Source of the DNA: Protoeuglena noctilucae
Lineage: Eukaryota
NCBI GenBank assembly: GCA_958009085.1
Contig: OY253669.1
Coordinates: 1,178,001-1,242,000 of the forward strand
Direction of reading: 5' to 3'
Length of the DNA stretch: 64,000 bases
Position 1 is the first letter of the stretch, and each line of letters opens with the position of its first letter. The notes under the pieces are model-generated. The model was not told where the DNA came from. It searched no databases and saw only the letters and a list, made by a program, of their open reading frames with translations. Positions 1 to 11,993 of the stretch are shown here, piece after piece. Made by a program: the position numbers and the translations under genes.

Positions 1-2850
1 GGCGGAGCTGGAGGAGGGGGAGGTCGAGCTGGGGTACCGTCGTGACATGTCGTGGGACGGGGTGGTCAAGTCGGTCCTGTGCTACACGGCCAAGGAGCTG
101 CTGTCGCTGCAGAACGGGCCGCTCGCCCTCCTCATGCCGGGGAAGCTGTCCCAGATCCTGCAGGGCCCCATGGGCAAGCTCTCGCGCACGGGGGGCGGGG
201 TGCACTCGGCGCCCGTGCGGGGCGGCCTGCCGCGCAACGACAGCTGGAAGAACCGGCCGAGCCCGCGGGGCGGCGGGCCGGGGGGTTTCGGGGGCATGGC
301 GGGCACCCCTGACGGCATGTGGGAGGACGGGCGCGGGGGCCGGCGGCGGGGTGGCCGCGGCGGCGGCGGCGGCGGCTTCGACCGCAACATGGGCGGCTTC
401 TCGGGCCGCTGGGAGGCTCCCCAGGTGCAGCTGCACAAGTCTGCCCAGGCGTTCAAGCTGGGCCAGGTCCGCACAGACGACCCCGAGGAGGAGGCGCGGC
501 AGAAGGCGTTCAAGAGCGTGCTGAACAAGCTGACGCCGGAGAACTTCGAGCGCCTCACGTTCAAGCTCCTGGAGACGCCCATCCCGCGCAAGCTGACGCT
601 GGAGGGCCTGGTGGACCAGATTTTTGACAAGGCTCTGCTGGAGCCGACCTTCTCGGAGCTGTACGCCAAGCTGTGCAAGGCCATGCAGGACTCGAAGTGC
701 CTGCCCGTGTTCGGCGCGGACGGCGAGGCGCTCCCCGGCGTGGCGGAGGGCGCACCCACCGCCGCGCGCCAGCAGGTGTACGACTTCCGCAAGGCGCTCC
801 TCAACAAGTGCCAGCAGGAGTTCGAGGCCGGGATCAAGGCCCGCAACGAGCACATGCAGTCGCTGACGCGCAAGGACGACGCGGGCGAGACGGCGGAGGT
901 GAGTGCCTTCAGGGAGGGGTGGCGCTTGCTGGTGGATCTGCGGGAGTGGCTCAGAGTGGCATTGTGCTTTGCGGGCATGCGGCGGGCCCCTTCGCAGGGC
1001 ACCGGGTGGGGTGTGGACCTTTGCCCAGCGCATCGCTTGCAGCGGAGATGCGAACGGGGGACCGCGAAGGGTCGTTACACCACAACTCCCTTCTCGCCCG
1101 CAGCACGCCGCGGAGCGCAAGCAGACGGAGGAGGAGAACTTCCGCGCCCGCAAGCGCATGCTTGGCAACATCCAGTTCATCGGCCACCTGTTCCACCACG
1201 GCATGCTCATCGAGAGGACGATGCACACGTGCTTCCAGACGCTGCTGCAGAACGTGGAGAGCCCGGAGCCGGAGGACGTCGAGGCGCTCTGCAAGCTCAT
1301 GGTCACGATCGGCGAGAAGGTGGACATGCCCAACAACCGCGAGGTCATGAACGTCTACTTCAGGCGCATCCGGCAGCTGCGGGAGAACGAGGTCCTCGAG
1401 AGCCGCATCCGGTTCATGCTCCAGGACCTCATCGAGCTCAGGTGAGGCGCCGGCGAGCTCAGGGGGCGGGGAGCGGAGAGAAGGGCGTGGTCGGGCGACA
1501 TACGCTTGCGCCCTTGCCCATTGGCCCGTGCCCGCCAGGCACGCCCCGACTCGGCAGGCTCGCGTCAGATGCGCAGCTCGAAGTCTCACCCCGTGGCCGC
1601 TCGCCGTGCGCAGGGAGCGGCGCTGGGAGGTGCGCCGCAAGGTCGAGGGTCCCAAGAAGATCCACGAGGTCCACCAGGACGCCATGCGGAGCCAGATGGG
1701 GCGCGGGCCGGGCCCGTCGCCGCGGTTTGGGGACCGGCCGGGCGGGGGTTTCGGGGGCCCGCGTGGGGGCGACCGGTTTGGCGGGGACTTTGGCGGGGGC
1801 CGGCGACAGTTCGACTCGGCGCCGGTGGGCGGCTTCGGGGGGCCCCCGATGGGCGACCGGTTCGGGGATCGGGGCTTCTCGGGCGGCCGACCGGCTGCGC
1901 CGATGCGCTCGGGGATGGGGCCCGGGCCCATGGGCCCCGGCGGTCCGGACTTTGGGCGGACGGCGCCGCGGCCGCCGCCCCGGGAGGTCTCGGCGCTGCT
2001 GAGCGGCGGCCCGCGGTCTCGCGGCGCGGCCGCCGACGGCCCGCAGCGGCAGGAGGCGTCGTCGCCGGCCGCGGACAGCCCGCGGGACGAGGCGCCTGAG
2101 GGCGCGGAGTCTCCCTCGGCGGGGGCGGGCGGGGCGATGGGCCCGGAGGAGGTGCGGCAGAAGGCGCGCGGGATGAACGAGGAGCTCCACGGCGGCGCGA
2201 CGACGCCGGAGGAGGCGCTCAAGGACATGGACGACGCGGTGGCGGCGGGAGCACCGGCGGCGGCCTTTTTGGAGCACGCATGCCGGGACGCCATGGTGGG
2301 CAAGGGCCGGAAGTGGAACCTGGCGCTGGAGCTGGCGGAGGAGGCGGCCCAGAGCGGCCGCTGCGACGGCGAGGCGGTGCTGGCGGCCGCCAAGGCGCTG
2401 GTGTCGACGCTGGCCGAGGACATGGAGGACAGCACGTACTGCGCGGAGCGGCTGGGGCAGCTGGTGGCGCGCATGACGGCGGGCGGGTGGCTGGACGCGG
2501 CGGCGGTGCTGCAGCACGCGCTGGTGGCCGGGGAAGAGCCCCTAGACGAGGGCGGCGACTACGGCCTGGTCGACTCGGGGCACGCGGCGGAGTTCGTGGC
2601 GCACGCGCTGCGCTTCCTCGCGGAGGAGAGCGAGGAGCGGGTGAGTGCGGCGGAGGCCATCGGACGGCGCGCGGGGCTGGGCTGCGGCAAGGTCCGACTT
2701 AACCGTTCGCTCTCACACGCGCAGGCCGCCGAGGTGTGGGGCGGCGTGGGGAAGCCGTTCACGGCCTTCATGCCGTCGTTCGACCGCGAGGACGCGAAAG
2801 CCCTCGAGGGCTTCAAGGAGCGGCTCCCTGCAGTTGCTGCCTTTCTGTAG
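1..2850 (+). CDS. eIF4G: Translation initiation factor eIF4G (5' part outside the window)
   Basis: Has the eIF4E-binding YxxxxLL motif (YTAKELL, ~83-103), a MIF4G domain (FKSVLNKLTPENFE...IFDKALLEPTFSELYAKLC...KRMLGNIQFIGHLF...SRIRFMLQDLIELR), EGPKKIHEVH and an RGG-rich linker. GT-AG introns at 899-1103, 1442-1613 and 2641-2724 restore the frame. The frame is open at position 1. Confidence 0.95.
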
Positions 2851-3431
2851 AGGTCCGGGCAGTTCTGGCCTAAAGAACTGAGCGCCCCTCTCCCTCCCTC
2901 CCGCCGCGTACACACCCCGCTGTTCCTTTGGAGCTTTGCCTAGTTTTTCAGGAGCAAATGGAAACACCTTTAAAGTCGAACCGCTTCCTACGTGGTCTGA
3001 CGTGCCAGTTTTTATCCATGGGACCGCCAAGAAGCACTGCTCGGTGTTGTCAGCAAAGACAATCGCCCGGCTGGTGTCAGAAGGACGCAAAAGCGCAAGC
3101 CCGCAGTGAAGCAATCGCAGGCGACAGTCGACCACTTGCTGGCAGCCTGGCGCGAGGCCGCTGGCCGCATCGAAGCATTTACCAGGACGCGTGCGAGGTA
3201 TGGGAGACCTGCCGCGGCTTGGATGGAGCCGAGACGCGTCGCTCGGGCCTGGTTTGGGTCCGCATGTGCTGCCGTCATAGCTTCCAAGCGTCTCGCCGTT
3301 CCAGCCCAAGATGACATCTCTGGCCTCTCCAGACCATGAATACCTTCCTCTTATGCGCGTCACCTTGTGCCGCATGCGTGCAGGGCCTGGACGTGACCAC
3401 TTCAGTCGTGTAGGGACTTCGCGTGCCCTCC

Positions 3432-4298
3432 ATGCCACTGTCGCAGGACGAGATCAGCGCCTGCCGGCGCGCTTTCGCCACCTTTGATCAAGATGGTGAG
3501 TCTCGGGTCCCGCGCCGTCCGCTGAGCGCGCCGAGGGCCGAGGAGGCCCTTGGCAAACACGCTTCCCAAAACTTGACGCCCCTCCGCCCCGTCCTTGCGC
3601 CCAGGGAGCGGGACCATCGATGTGGGTGAGCTACGTATCGCGATGGAGGCCCTGGGCCAGCATCCGACGGAGGAGGAGCTGCTGGCCATGATCCAGATGG
3701 TCGACGAGGACAACTCGGGGCAAATCGAGTTCGCCGAGTTCCTGAAAGTGGTGGAGAGCCACAGGGCCGGCGCGGGCCGATCGGACGACGAGTCGGACAC
3801 GTTGGCGGCGTTCGTGGCCATGGGCGGCAACCCGGACAAGTCGGGCTATGTCGAGGTGCGTGGTCGCAAGGAGATGCTCCCAGGGGTATAAGCCTCCCCT
3901 GCCACCCTGCCGCGGGCTCGGGCAGCGCAGGTGCCCGCTGCGATCGCAGGGGTGCCAGCTGCCCCGGGGGCAGGCACCCCTGCGTCAGGCGTGTCTCTGT
4001 CGACCCTCTTGTCTGTTGAATCTCCTATCATCGTTATGCAACCGCAGGCAGAGAAGCTGCGTGCCACGATCAAGGACTTTGGGCTGACGATCAACATCGA
4101 CAGCGTGCTCAGGTGAGAGCGCACGTGCCATGGGGATGGGGCGGGTCGCGGCCATGGCCCAGCGTTGCCGGGCTGTGCCGTCAACTCAGTCTTTACGTCT
4201 GCGCGTTGTGTCTCAGGGCTCACGACGACGATGCGAGCGGGAGGATCGATTACAGCGAATTCAAGGCCATGCTTCACTTCACTCCATCACACGTATGA
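3432..4298 (+). CDS. EF-hand protein, outer-arm dynein light chain LC4-like (calmodulin family)
   Basis: Spliced product MPLSQDEISACRRAFATFDQDG|SGTIDVGELR...VDEDNSGQIEFAEFL...AFVAMGGNPDKSGYVE|AEKLRATIKDFGLTINIDSVLR|AHDDDASGRIDYSEFKAML. The AFVAxGGNxDKSG and DFGLTI motifs match the 18-kDa dynein light chain as I recall it. Introns 3496-3604, 3856-4047, 4113-4216. Confidence 0.85.
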
Positions 4299-4461
4299 CG
4301 CCAGCCGCCCTGCACAGCCGAGGTGCAGCGCCGGGGTCGCAAGTGTGCACGTGGCCTTGCCAGGCGGAGACGCTGCGGTGATCGGTCGGCATGCGTTGAA
4401 CGGCGTCGTTGCTATCCTTGCTACCCCGCCCCTTGTGACGCTGTCCACCGACACATGAAAG

Positions 4462-6526
4462 TCAATCGCTGCCATCGTCCGCGGCCGCCCCCGGCACCGG
4501 CCTCAGCTCCTCCGGAAGCCCGCTCGCGATCACGGCTTGGGCGGCGTCGCTGCGGGAAAGCCCAGAGAAGGCACCAGTCCGCCCTCCCTGTGCCGTTTCA
4601 CCCCAACACGCGATACTACAAGGTGCTGTCATCGACGAGCGTGGGGCTCGAACTTCAAATCGCATGACGCGCGGTGCTGGGAGTCGTAAGAGACATTCAC
4701 GGGGCAGCTCAGCTCACCAGAGCTCCTGGTCGGTCCCGCCCAGCAGCGGCGGGTGGATTGTGAGGACCACGCGCCCAGCCCACATCTCGCCCTCCCGCTT
4801 GTTGGGCATGACGTACCCGGCCCCGTTGATCGTGATGGGGACCACTGGGACCTTCTCCTGCACGGCCACAGGAGACGCCGACGTGTCGACGACAGCGCCT
4901 CCCAAGCGCCGTGACAGCCGCGCGGTGGTGCAGAGGTCAGGGCGCCTACTCTGCAGCATCACGGTGCCGCATGCCCCCGCTCGGCGCGTACCTTGCTTGC
5001 GATGCTGAACGCGCCCTTCTTGAACTCCCGCATCTGCCCGGTCCGCGAGCGCGTGCCTTCCGGGAAGAACAGCAGGCTGCAGCCGCGCTGGAGCAGGGTC
5101 CGGCAGTCCTTGAGAACCTGCGGGAAACGGCCGCTAATCCATGCTTCCAGGGTACCTATGTAGAGCCACAAGCACGGCTCCATGCGAACGGCAGCTCCGA
5201 GGGCCTCCCGACGCTTGCGTGTTGCAGCTCCGCGATTGCAGCGGTGCAGCAGTGGCGCTGTCGTGCCATGGCCTGCCTTTTCTGAGCCCTGGGCCTTCAC
5301 CTGCAGCTGGCTGCGCTTGTCGGTGCGTTTGAGGCCGACGTGGCCCGTGAGGTACATGGACCATCCAATGATGGGGATGAGGAAGTTGGAGGTCTTCGAA
5401 ATGAACTTGAAGAAGCGCCAGAGGTGGAAGAGGGAGTAGATGTCCATGAAAGACTGCGGAGACGGCGGCAGGCAGGGTCCGCAGGGTGCGTGCCTCATGG
5501 GCAGCATGTCAGGCGCAAACTCCCGCCAGCCCGACGCGCCTGGTGGTTCGCCACGAACATGACGGGCTGCCCGGGAGGTGGCAGGTTCTCTTTCCCGCGG
5601 ATTTCCACGGGGAAGAAGGGCAGCGTGGACGCCACGGCCCATACGTTGTTGACCAGGTGCTCCGCATTCCGCTTGTACCTGCGGGGCGGCGCGGGGCGCA
5701 TGCGTGGGCGACAGCTACAGAAGCCAGTGTGTGGTTCCAACACTGGTTTGTGGCGGGGGCGGGGGCGGTGGCTCCCGTCCTGACGGCGGTGGGTGGGCTT
5801 GCCTGTCCGTGGCCATGACAAAGGGGAAGATCAGAAGCATGATGACGAACAGGGGGACGGCGATGGCCAGTGTCCACAGGTAGAAGGCGACTGCGCGGAT
5901 CTTGGCCACAAAGACGCCGAGCCTGCGATGGGGGGCGGGGTCGCGCTTTAGGTGGGACCGTGGAGGCACCGAGATAGTCGATATAAAAACGGTTTCGCGG
6001 CACCTGTTGGACGGAGACGGGAGATAACCCGGGTCGGCAACCGCCGTGGCGCGGCAGGAGACGCTGCTTGGGCCTTGAGACGAAGCGTGGCCAAGTCTCG
6101 CTACCTCGTAGTGGGCGCCCACACCCATCCGAGCACCTGCCTGCGTCACAGCAGCGAATTGGAAACGCTATTGCAACCTCTGGATTCCACGACGTTATCG
6201 GCACGCGCGATCGATCATTGGGCCGCCCGTGGGCCTGCGCTGCACCTGCAGGGATGGCACCGAGCCATGGGCTGCGCGCCCCGGCAAGGATTTGCCGGCG
6301 CTCCAACGACTGGTCGCCCTAACCGATCCAGATCGACATGATGCTGACGCTATCGCGACGTTGCCGGGCCGCGCGAGCGCCTGCGAGGACCGGGATGGCT
6401 GCGCTTCGTGACGATGAGCAGCGCGCGGGATGTGCGCGGCAAGCAATGCTGCAGACAGCTTGCCGCGACTAAGATCAAGTCGAAAGGGCGGCAGTGTTGG
6501 AGTGGAGTGAAGGGAGGCACCTGCAT
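4462..6526 (-). CDS. LPAT1: Plastid 1-acyl-sn-glycerol-3-phosphate acyltransferase (LPAT1/ATS2-like)
   Basis: PlsC motifs NHQ|SFMDIY, FFPEGTRS, FKKGAF and VPVVPITI. Transit-peptide-like N-terminus (MQ|PSRSSQALARPG...) and TM segment FYLWTLAIAVPLFVIML. Multi-exon; the last exon ends DDGSD* at 4462. Confidence 0.92.
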
Positions 6527-6817
6527 GGCGGGCAGGTTGGAAGCGGACGCGATCGAGTGTCTTGCGCTGTCGATGCTCACGATGGCGGCAACAGCGCCCC
6601 CGCAACAGGTTTCAGAATGTGCATGCACGCTGTTTCGGATGGTTGCAGCAGCCGAGGCTGCCCAGGCAGTGTCCACGGGTGTCAGGAAGAAACCCAAGCG
6701 CAGGAAACGGACTGCTGGAAATCAAACGCCGAAGCGGGCCTTGCTGTAAACCTCCGTGTTCTCCGCGAAGACAGGGTGCTGTATGCCTGTGCTCTGTTGG
6801 ATGTGTCCATCGATCGA

Positions 6818-8609
6818 ATGGCGGACTCGTACAAGGCCTCCTTCCGGGCGGCCAAGGCTGCCGCGGGAGCCAAGCCCAGCAAGTACCAGCTGCAGCAGCT
6901 GAAGGCCAAGGTGCGGTTGCTCTCAGCTCAGCTCTCGGGAGCTCAGCAGCGTCGGCACGCTTGCGAAGGGGTCTGAAATACGCTCGTTTCGCTCTGCGTG
7001 CATCCAGAGAGCGGGACAAGCGGGACAAGCGGAGCCTGCAAAGACATTGCCATCTGGATTCTTCGACGCGGGGGAGGCAGCGGTGTCCAAGCAGGGCAAC
7101 GGTGCGCAGTGGCCAGGATGCGTGCTGTCTGTTGTGCGAATAGCTCCTGCGTCTCGGAGGCGCCCCCAACTGGGACGCGACCCTCGTCATTGCAGGAGAG
7201 CAGTCTTTGCCGCCTGGTTTCTTCGACAGCGCCGGAGGGGGAAGCCTAGCGGGCGCAGGGAAGGCGACCATCAGTTCACCAGCACCCCCAGCGAAGCGCG
7301 CGCGGACAGAGGCCGAAGACCGCACCGCGCCCGCGAGCTCAAGTGCCGAGCCATCGAGAGATGCCGAGCGGCCGGCTCCATCCGCGCTCGCAGCGGCATC
7401 GGCCGCGCTGAGCGGGGACTGGGGCTCCCTGTCATCGCGCAAGGGTGATAAGGCTCGAGGCGTGCGAGAGAAGCCCGTGGCTAGCAAGGGGACTTCGGAA
7501 GCAACTGCACCCGTGGATCGGGCGTCGGTGAGCCCCACACCGTCACGAGACGGTGTGCGTCGATGGTGTCCTCCCTCGCACGTCTGTACCTTTACCAGAG
7601 AACAATGCCAGGCATGCAATTGGCTCAGCCTTGAAATGCCCTCTGCCTTCGGAGAGGGAGCCTGACTTCATGTCTCTGTGCCCGCTTGCAGGGCACCCTT
7701 GCTGTGCAAGTGGCCGGGTCCTCCGCTGCCCCCGGCCTGCCCAAGGCAGACGGCGTCGCGGTGCGCGAGGGGGGCGCAGGGCAGGGCGAACAGAGCGGGG
7801 CGATCCCGGTCGGGTTCTTCGACGATAAAAATAAGGATCGGGAGGCCCGCGGGTGGGTGCTGATGCCGCGCCTCGCGAGACTAGCTACGCCGTGGCTTTC
7901 CCGGCATTACCCGGCTCGCACGTGTGGTACACATCGAGCTCTGCCTGCGCGCCCGAGGGCGTTTCGCTGGCTACCCTCTGACCCCTCCGTGCCTGCAGAG
8001 CACCAGCGGAGGAAACGCCCGAGGCCGCCATGGCGCGATTCCAGCGGGAAATTGAAGTCGCGGAGGTGGAGGCGGAGGAAGAAGTCGCCAAGGTAGCCGG
8101 CGGCGCGGGGGCGGGGCTCTTCGGGGCCGGGGGCGAGGGCCGCACCGGAATTATCATGTCGACATCTGGCACCCGCAGGCCACGGAGGCCGAGGCGGTCG
8201 ACAGGGAGGCGGTGGAGGACTTGGAACGCCTGCAGGCTGTGGTCCGAGTGAACGCGCTGAAGGACGCACTGGAGGACCGGCGGGAGGCAGCCAAGGTGCT
8301 GACATGCGATAAATGCTGTGCGAGCTGCGTGAGGTCTCCATGATGACTTGAGAGGTTCACCGACGGACGGCGTTTTCAAGCCGCGGACTGATTGGGCCCC
8401 GTCTGTGCCGGAGAAATGGATGCCTTTGCACGCCCCCGCAGCGTGCGGCCGGTCGGGGGAAGGAGGAGCCAGGGGCGGTGGGGGAGGTGGGCCGCTCTTT
8501 GCCGGGTGGCGAAGGCGCGAGCGGATCGCTCAGCGAGGACGAGGGGAGTGACGCCGAGAGCGACGACTTGCTGGGGATCGACTGGCGGGCCAAGGGGAAC
8601 AGGGCTTGA
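6818..8609 (+). CDS. ZNF830/CCDC16-like protein (no zinc finger seen)
   Basis: MADSYKASFRAAK start; repeated (L/I)PxGFFD motifs including GFFDDKNKDREARG; coiled coil AMARFQREIEV...; acidic tail ending DDLLGIDWRAK, typical of the ZNF830 C-terminus. Confidence 0.75.
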
Positions 8610-8834
8610 CCCTTTGGTTCCCCGTTGCGCATGGTGGGAAACTGCAGGCTCCTCCGACTGTCTATTCATTCGCGCTGGAAGTGCCGATGCGCGATTCGGG
8701 GCTGAAACGCGAAAACCCTCACGTGGATTGTCAGATTTTGGCGTGTCGACGCGTTGCGCCGGTATATATGGTATGTTCGGGGCTTCTGAAGCGTGAGGTT
8801 GGCATCACCACTCGTCGCACACCGCTGGGGAAGG

Positions 8835-10196
8835 ATGGGGGTGGGTAGCACGGAGTCCTTCGTTGCCCCTCTTGCCGCCCTCCCACACGGCGGGGGAGCG
8901 GCCCGCGATTTGATTGGCAGGGTGTTGGGGAGCCTTGACGATGGGGTTCTGGACCTGCCCCGCGGCGTGACGGCCCTGAGCATCTTCGCCTTGCACGTCG
9001 TGACGTGGCATGCTGGAGCCCTCTTTTTCGCCTGGCTCGATCGCTCCAAGATCGCCGACAAGTACAAGTTCACCAGGTGCGGTCGAGAGTGTTGTTTTTG
9101 CCAATGCAGCCGCGCTTACATGGCCGGCGGGCCCGCAGCAGCGCCCACCAGCATTAGGTGAGGCGGCGCCAAGCAAGCCAGCGATTGCGGGGGCCCTGCA
9201 GCCGCGTCATCGCGAAGTAATTTGTAGATAGGCTCGGTTTCCCCTGGCGCATTTGCGCAGCGATGGCCCGGCGACCGCAGATGGGGCCCTGACGGGCCAT
9301 TAGACAGCCGCCGATTGCGGCGCCACGGAACGCGGAATGGTTTTTTCCTGTGCGCAGGAGTGACACTTTAACTTACTCGCAAATGCTCAGCGTCGTGCTC
9401 TTCAACCAGTGCTGTGTGATGCTGCCTGTGTTATTGCTCCTGGAGGTCCTTGGCGCGCTGCCCCGCGCCAGCGTCTCCGCGCTGAGGTGAGCGTGAGAGC
9501 CCGCGTTTAACCCGGTTTGCCTGTGGGCTGCGTGGTGGCTGCTTCGAGTGGTGCTTCCGGCGGTGACGAAGGGGAGCACGCGGTCAACTCACCGCGTGCG
9601 TGTGTGCGGTGTGCAAGGCAGTTTCCCCGCCCGCTGCAGGCCTCTCGTCGTCGCTCGGGTTGCGCTGGCGTGCTACCTCTTCGGCTACTTCCACGACGCC
9701 ATCATGTACGTCACGCACCGCTACGTGTTGCACAGGTAGGTAGCGTAGCGTGGGACCGTAGCCCTCGTCCCGTTTGCGCCCGCCTGAGCCAGCCCTGTCC
9801 TCGGTTCTACACCGCCCCTCCTCGCCCTCCCGCAGCTCCTGGGGCTACAAGCGCTGGCACGCGCTGCACCACAAGACCCGGGCCTCGGTGGCCGCCAGCT
9901 CCCTCTACATGACGCCCGTCGACTTCCTGCTCGAGATCATGCTGCCCTTCCTGGGGTGGTTCCTCGTGGTGCGCACCGAGCACGTGGCGACCCTCGCCAT
10001 CGTCGTCGGCCTGGGCGGGTGGTTCGCAATGTACGAGCACTCGGGCTACAACTTCTTCCCTGGGTTCGCCCCGCTGGACACCTCTCTCCACGCCGCGCAC
10101 CACACCAAGTCCGGCGTGGCCTACTCTCAGGGGCTGGGGTCCCCGGGGGTGATGGACTGGCTGGGCGGCACAGGGTGGCGTGGCGGCGGCCTGTGA
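8835..10196 (+). CDS. Fatty acid hydroxylase / sterol desaturase family protein (ERG25/ERG3-like)
   Basis: His boxes YVTHRYVLH, WHALHH, YEHSGY and HAAHH, plus several hydrophobic segments; multi-exon. Confidence 0.85.
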
Positions 10197-10687
10197 TGGT
10201 GTGATTGGCCTAGGTCCCCTGTTCCACGTTTGCGCTGTGACGGCAGCGCTGGGCACGGCTCGCGTGTTGCTGAGCAGCGCAGCAGCACCGACGAACGCCT
10301 GCATTTCTGCGCGCCGCCTTCGCTCCCATCACCCCACCCAACACGAGCGCTGTCAGCGATCCATGTGATTTCGCTCCTTAGCGCGTCTTCCCGGCTTCCC
10401 AATCGAGTCTTGAAGACGCTGAGAGGATCTATCGCTGCCTTTGTCAGTACCGTACGAACGCCACATCCGATCCGCCCAGCTCGGGCGCCCCATGCGCCCC
10501 CTCGCCCACGAGCAGGTGGCACCCTGCCCCGGGCGTGGCACGGTGAGCGTTGCGCTTGCGCGAAGAGCAGTTGCTGAAGCACGGCACGTCGAACACTGCG
10601 TGCGGGGCACGACGTCAAGTCGCTTCAAAGAGGCTCTGCCACGCCCCCCGGCTCACCACGCTCGTGCTCCCGCCTGGCCCTGCGAGA

Positions 10688-11725
10688 TCAGCTCCCACAG
10701 ACTCCGCACGGACTTTCCGGCCCACCTGGGTCCTCCTGTTGAGCCGGTGGGGTCCGGCCGAACGACGCCAGGCACGAGTAGTCGTCGTAGTTGGGCTGCA
10801 TGGTCAGTGGCACCCCCATGTACTTGCGGAAGTACTCCTGAGTCGGCACCTTGCACATGTTGATGCACACCGAGGCGCAGCCGCTCTCCTCCAGGTACCG
10901 ACACCGCTGCGAGGCCGAGAGGGGTGTCCATGGCATCACCACATGGGGGGTGGGAGCACGTGCGGCGCACGAGTCGCCCGCTGCGCACACCTTGATCAGA
11001 AGCCCGTTGCCCTTGCCCAACCTGCCCCCGTCCATCTCGACGTCCACCACCTCCGTCTCGCCCAGGAGCCACTGGCAAGTGAGCTGCACTCCCCACGCAT
11101 TGATCTGCATGCTCTGCTTGGCTAAGGGCCACGATACAAACACTGCAGGGAAGAGAAACGAGGAGGACGGCACGTTCACGCGTCTGCGTGGCCTCCCGCA
11201 TGGTCGACAAAGCCACCATGCTCGACACTCACTGGTGAACAGCGGGGGGATCCAGTGAGGGAAGATGGCTCGGCATACGTCGATCCCCGCCGCCTGCGCC
11301 GCGCTGGGCTGCGCGTGGCGCTCCGCGATCTGCTTCGTGAGGTCAAGGACCTTGTCGAACCCCTCCAAGTCCGACCCGTGCCCCAGAGTCTTTGACAAAG
11401 CATCCGCATAGTATCCTGTTGCCCACCGTATGCAGCGAAGAGAGAAGCCGAGGTTTCGGAGCCGCGTTCGCTCGAGCATGGCGATGCAGCGCCAAGAGCT
11501 TCGCCGTCGAGCCACCTTATTGAACGGATTGCCGTCTACGATTGAGTAGTCCGGTCTCGGGGTCGGAGGTCCTGCCTGATAAAAGCCTTCGCGGTCGACG
11601 CGCGCCCCATCAACGCCCTGCCATGGCCGCCATGTCGCGGGCAGCTGTGCGCGCGTGACGACCCCCTCTCGCCGCCAGCGGCGCCCTTCGAACGTCAGGC
11701 GGCAGGAGCACGCGCAGGCCTGCAT
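10688..11725 (-). CDS. D27: Beta-carotene isomerase D27-like protein (DUF4033)
   Basis: QLTCQWLLG; K|CRYLEESGCASVCINMCKVPTQEYF...GVPLTMQPNYDDYSCLASFG, with the conserved D27 cysteines; transit-like N-terminus. Confidence 0.9.
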   Translation of the reverse strand: MQACACSCRLTFEGRRWRREGVVTRAQLPATWRPWQGVDGARVDREGFYQAGPPTPRPDYSIVDGNPFNKVARRRSSWRCIAMLERTRLRNLGFSLRCIRWATGYYADALSKTLGHGSDLEGFDKVLDLTKQIAERHAQPSAAQAAGIDVCRAIFPHWIPPLFTSECRAWWLCRPCGRPRRRVNVPSSSFLFPAVFVSWPLAKQSMQINAWGVQLTCQWLLGETEVVDVEMDGGRLGKGNGLLIKVCAAGDSCAARAPTPHVVMPWTPLSASQRCRYLEESGCASVCINMCKVPTQEYFRKYMGVPLTMQPNYDDYSCLASFGRTPPAQQEDPGGPESPCGVCGS

Positions 11726-11993
11726 GGATCGCGACGCATGCGACGCGGAACTCGTCTTTGTGCTGCTGTCGGGAAATCAAGGTCTCTCCAGTGCGCTCTG
11801 TTCCAACGAAGCGGATTGCCTGCCTTTCCTACTGCTGTCGGCCCGCTCAGTGCTTGACTCTGCCGGCCAGTCGGGCACAAGCCCTGCGTTTCAGGCAGGC
11901 CCGCTCACCGCCTCTGCTCGCGGCGGCATCTATGCGATCATTTCGCGTGTAGCGAGCAAGCTGGTCGGGCTCGCGCTTCCGAATTTTGTTCTG

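Noticed and set aside
2928..3339. Short ORFs between eIF4G and LC4
   Set aside because: No codon bias, consistent splice chain or motif; probably UTR or promoter.
3432..4298. Calling the EF-hand gene calmodulin or centrin
   Set aside because: The third EF-hand region (AFVAMGGNPDKSG...DFGLTI) matches dynein LC4 rather than calmodulin or centrin.
8338..8395. Possible intronic C/D box snoRNA (ATGATGA...CTGA) in the ZNF830-like gene
   Set aside because: Only ~50 nt between the boxes, CTGA also fits a branch-point motif, and I could not identify a convincing rRNA-complementary guide.
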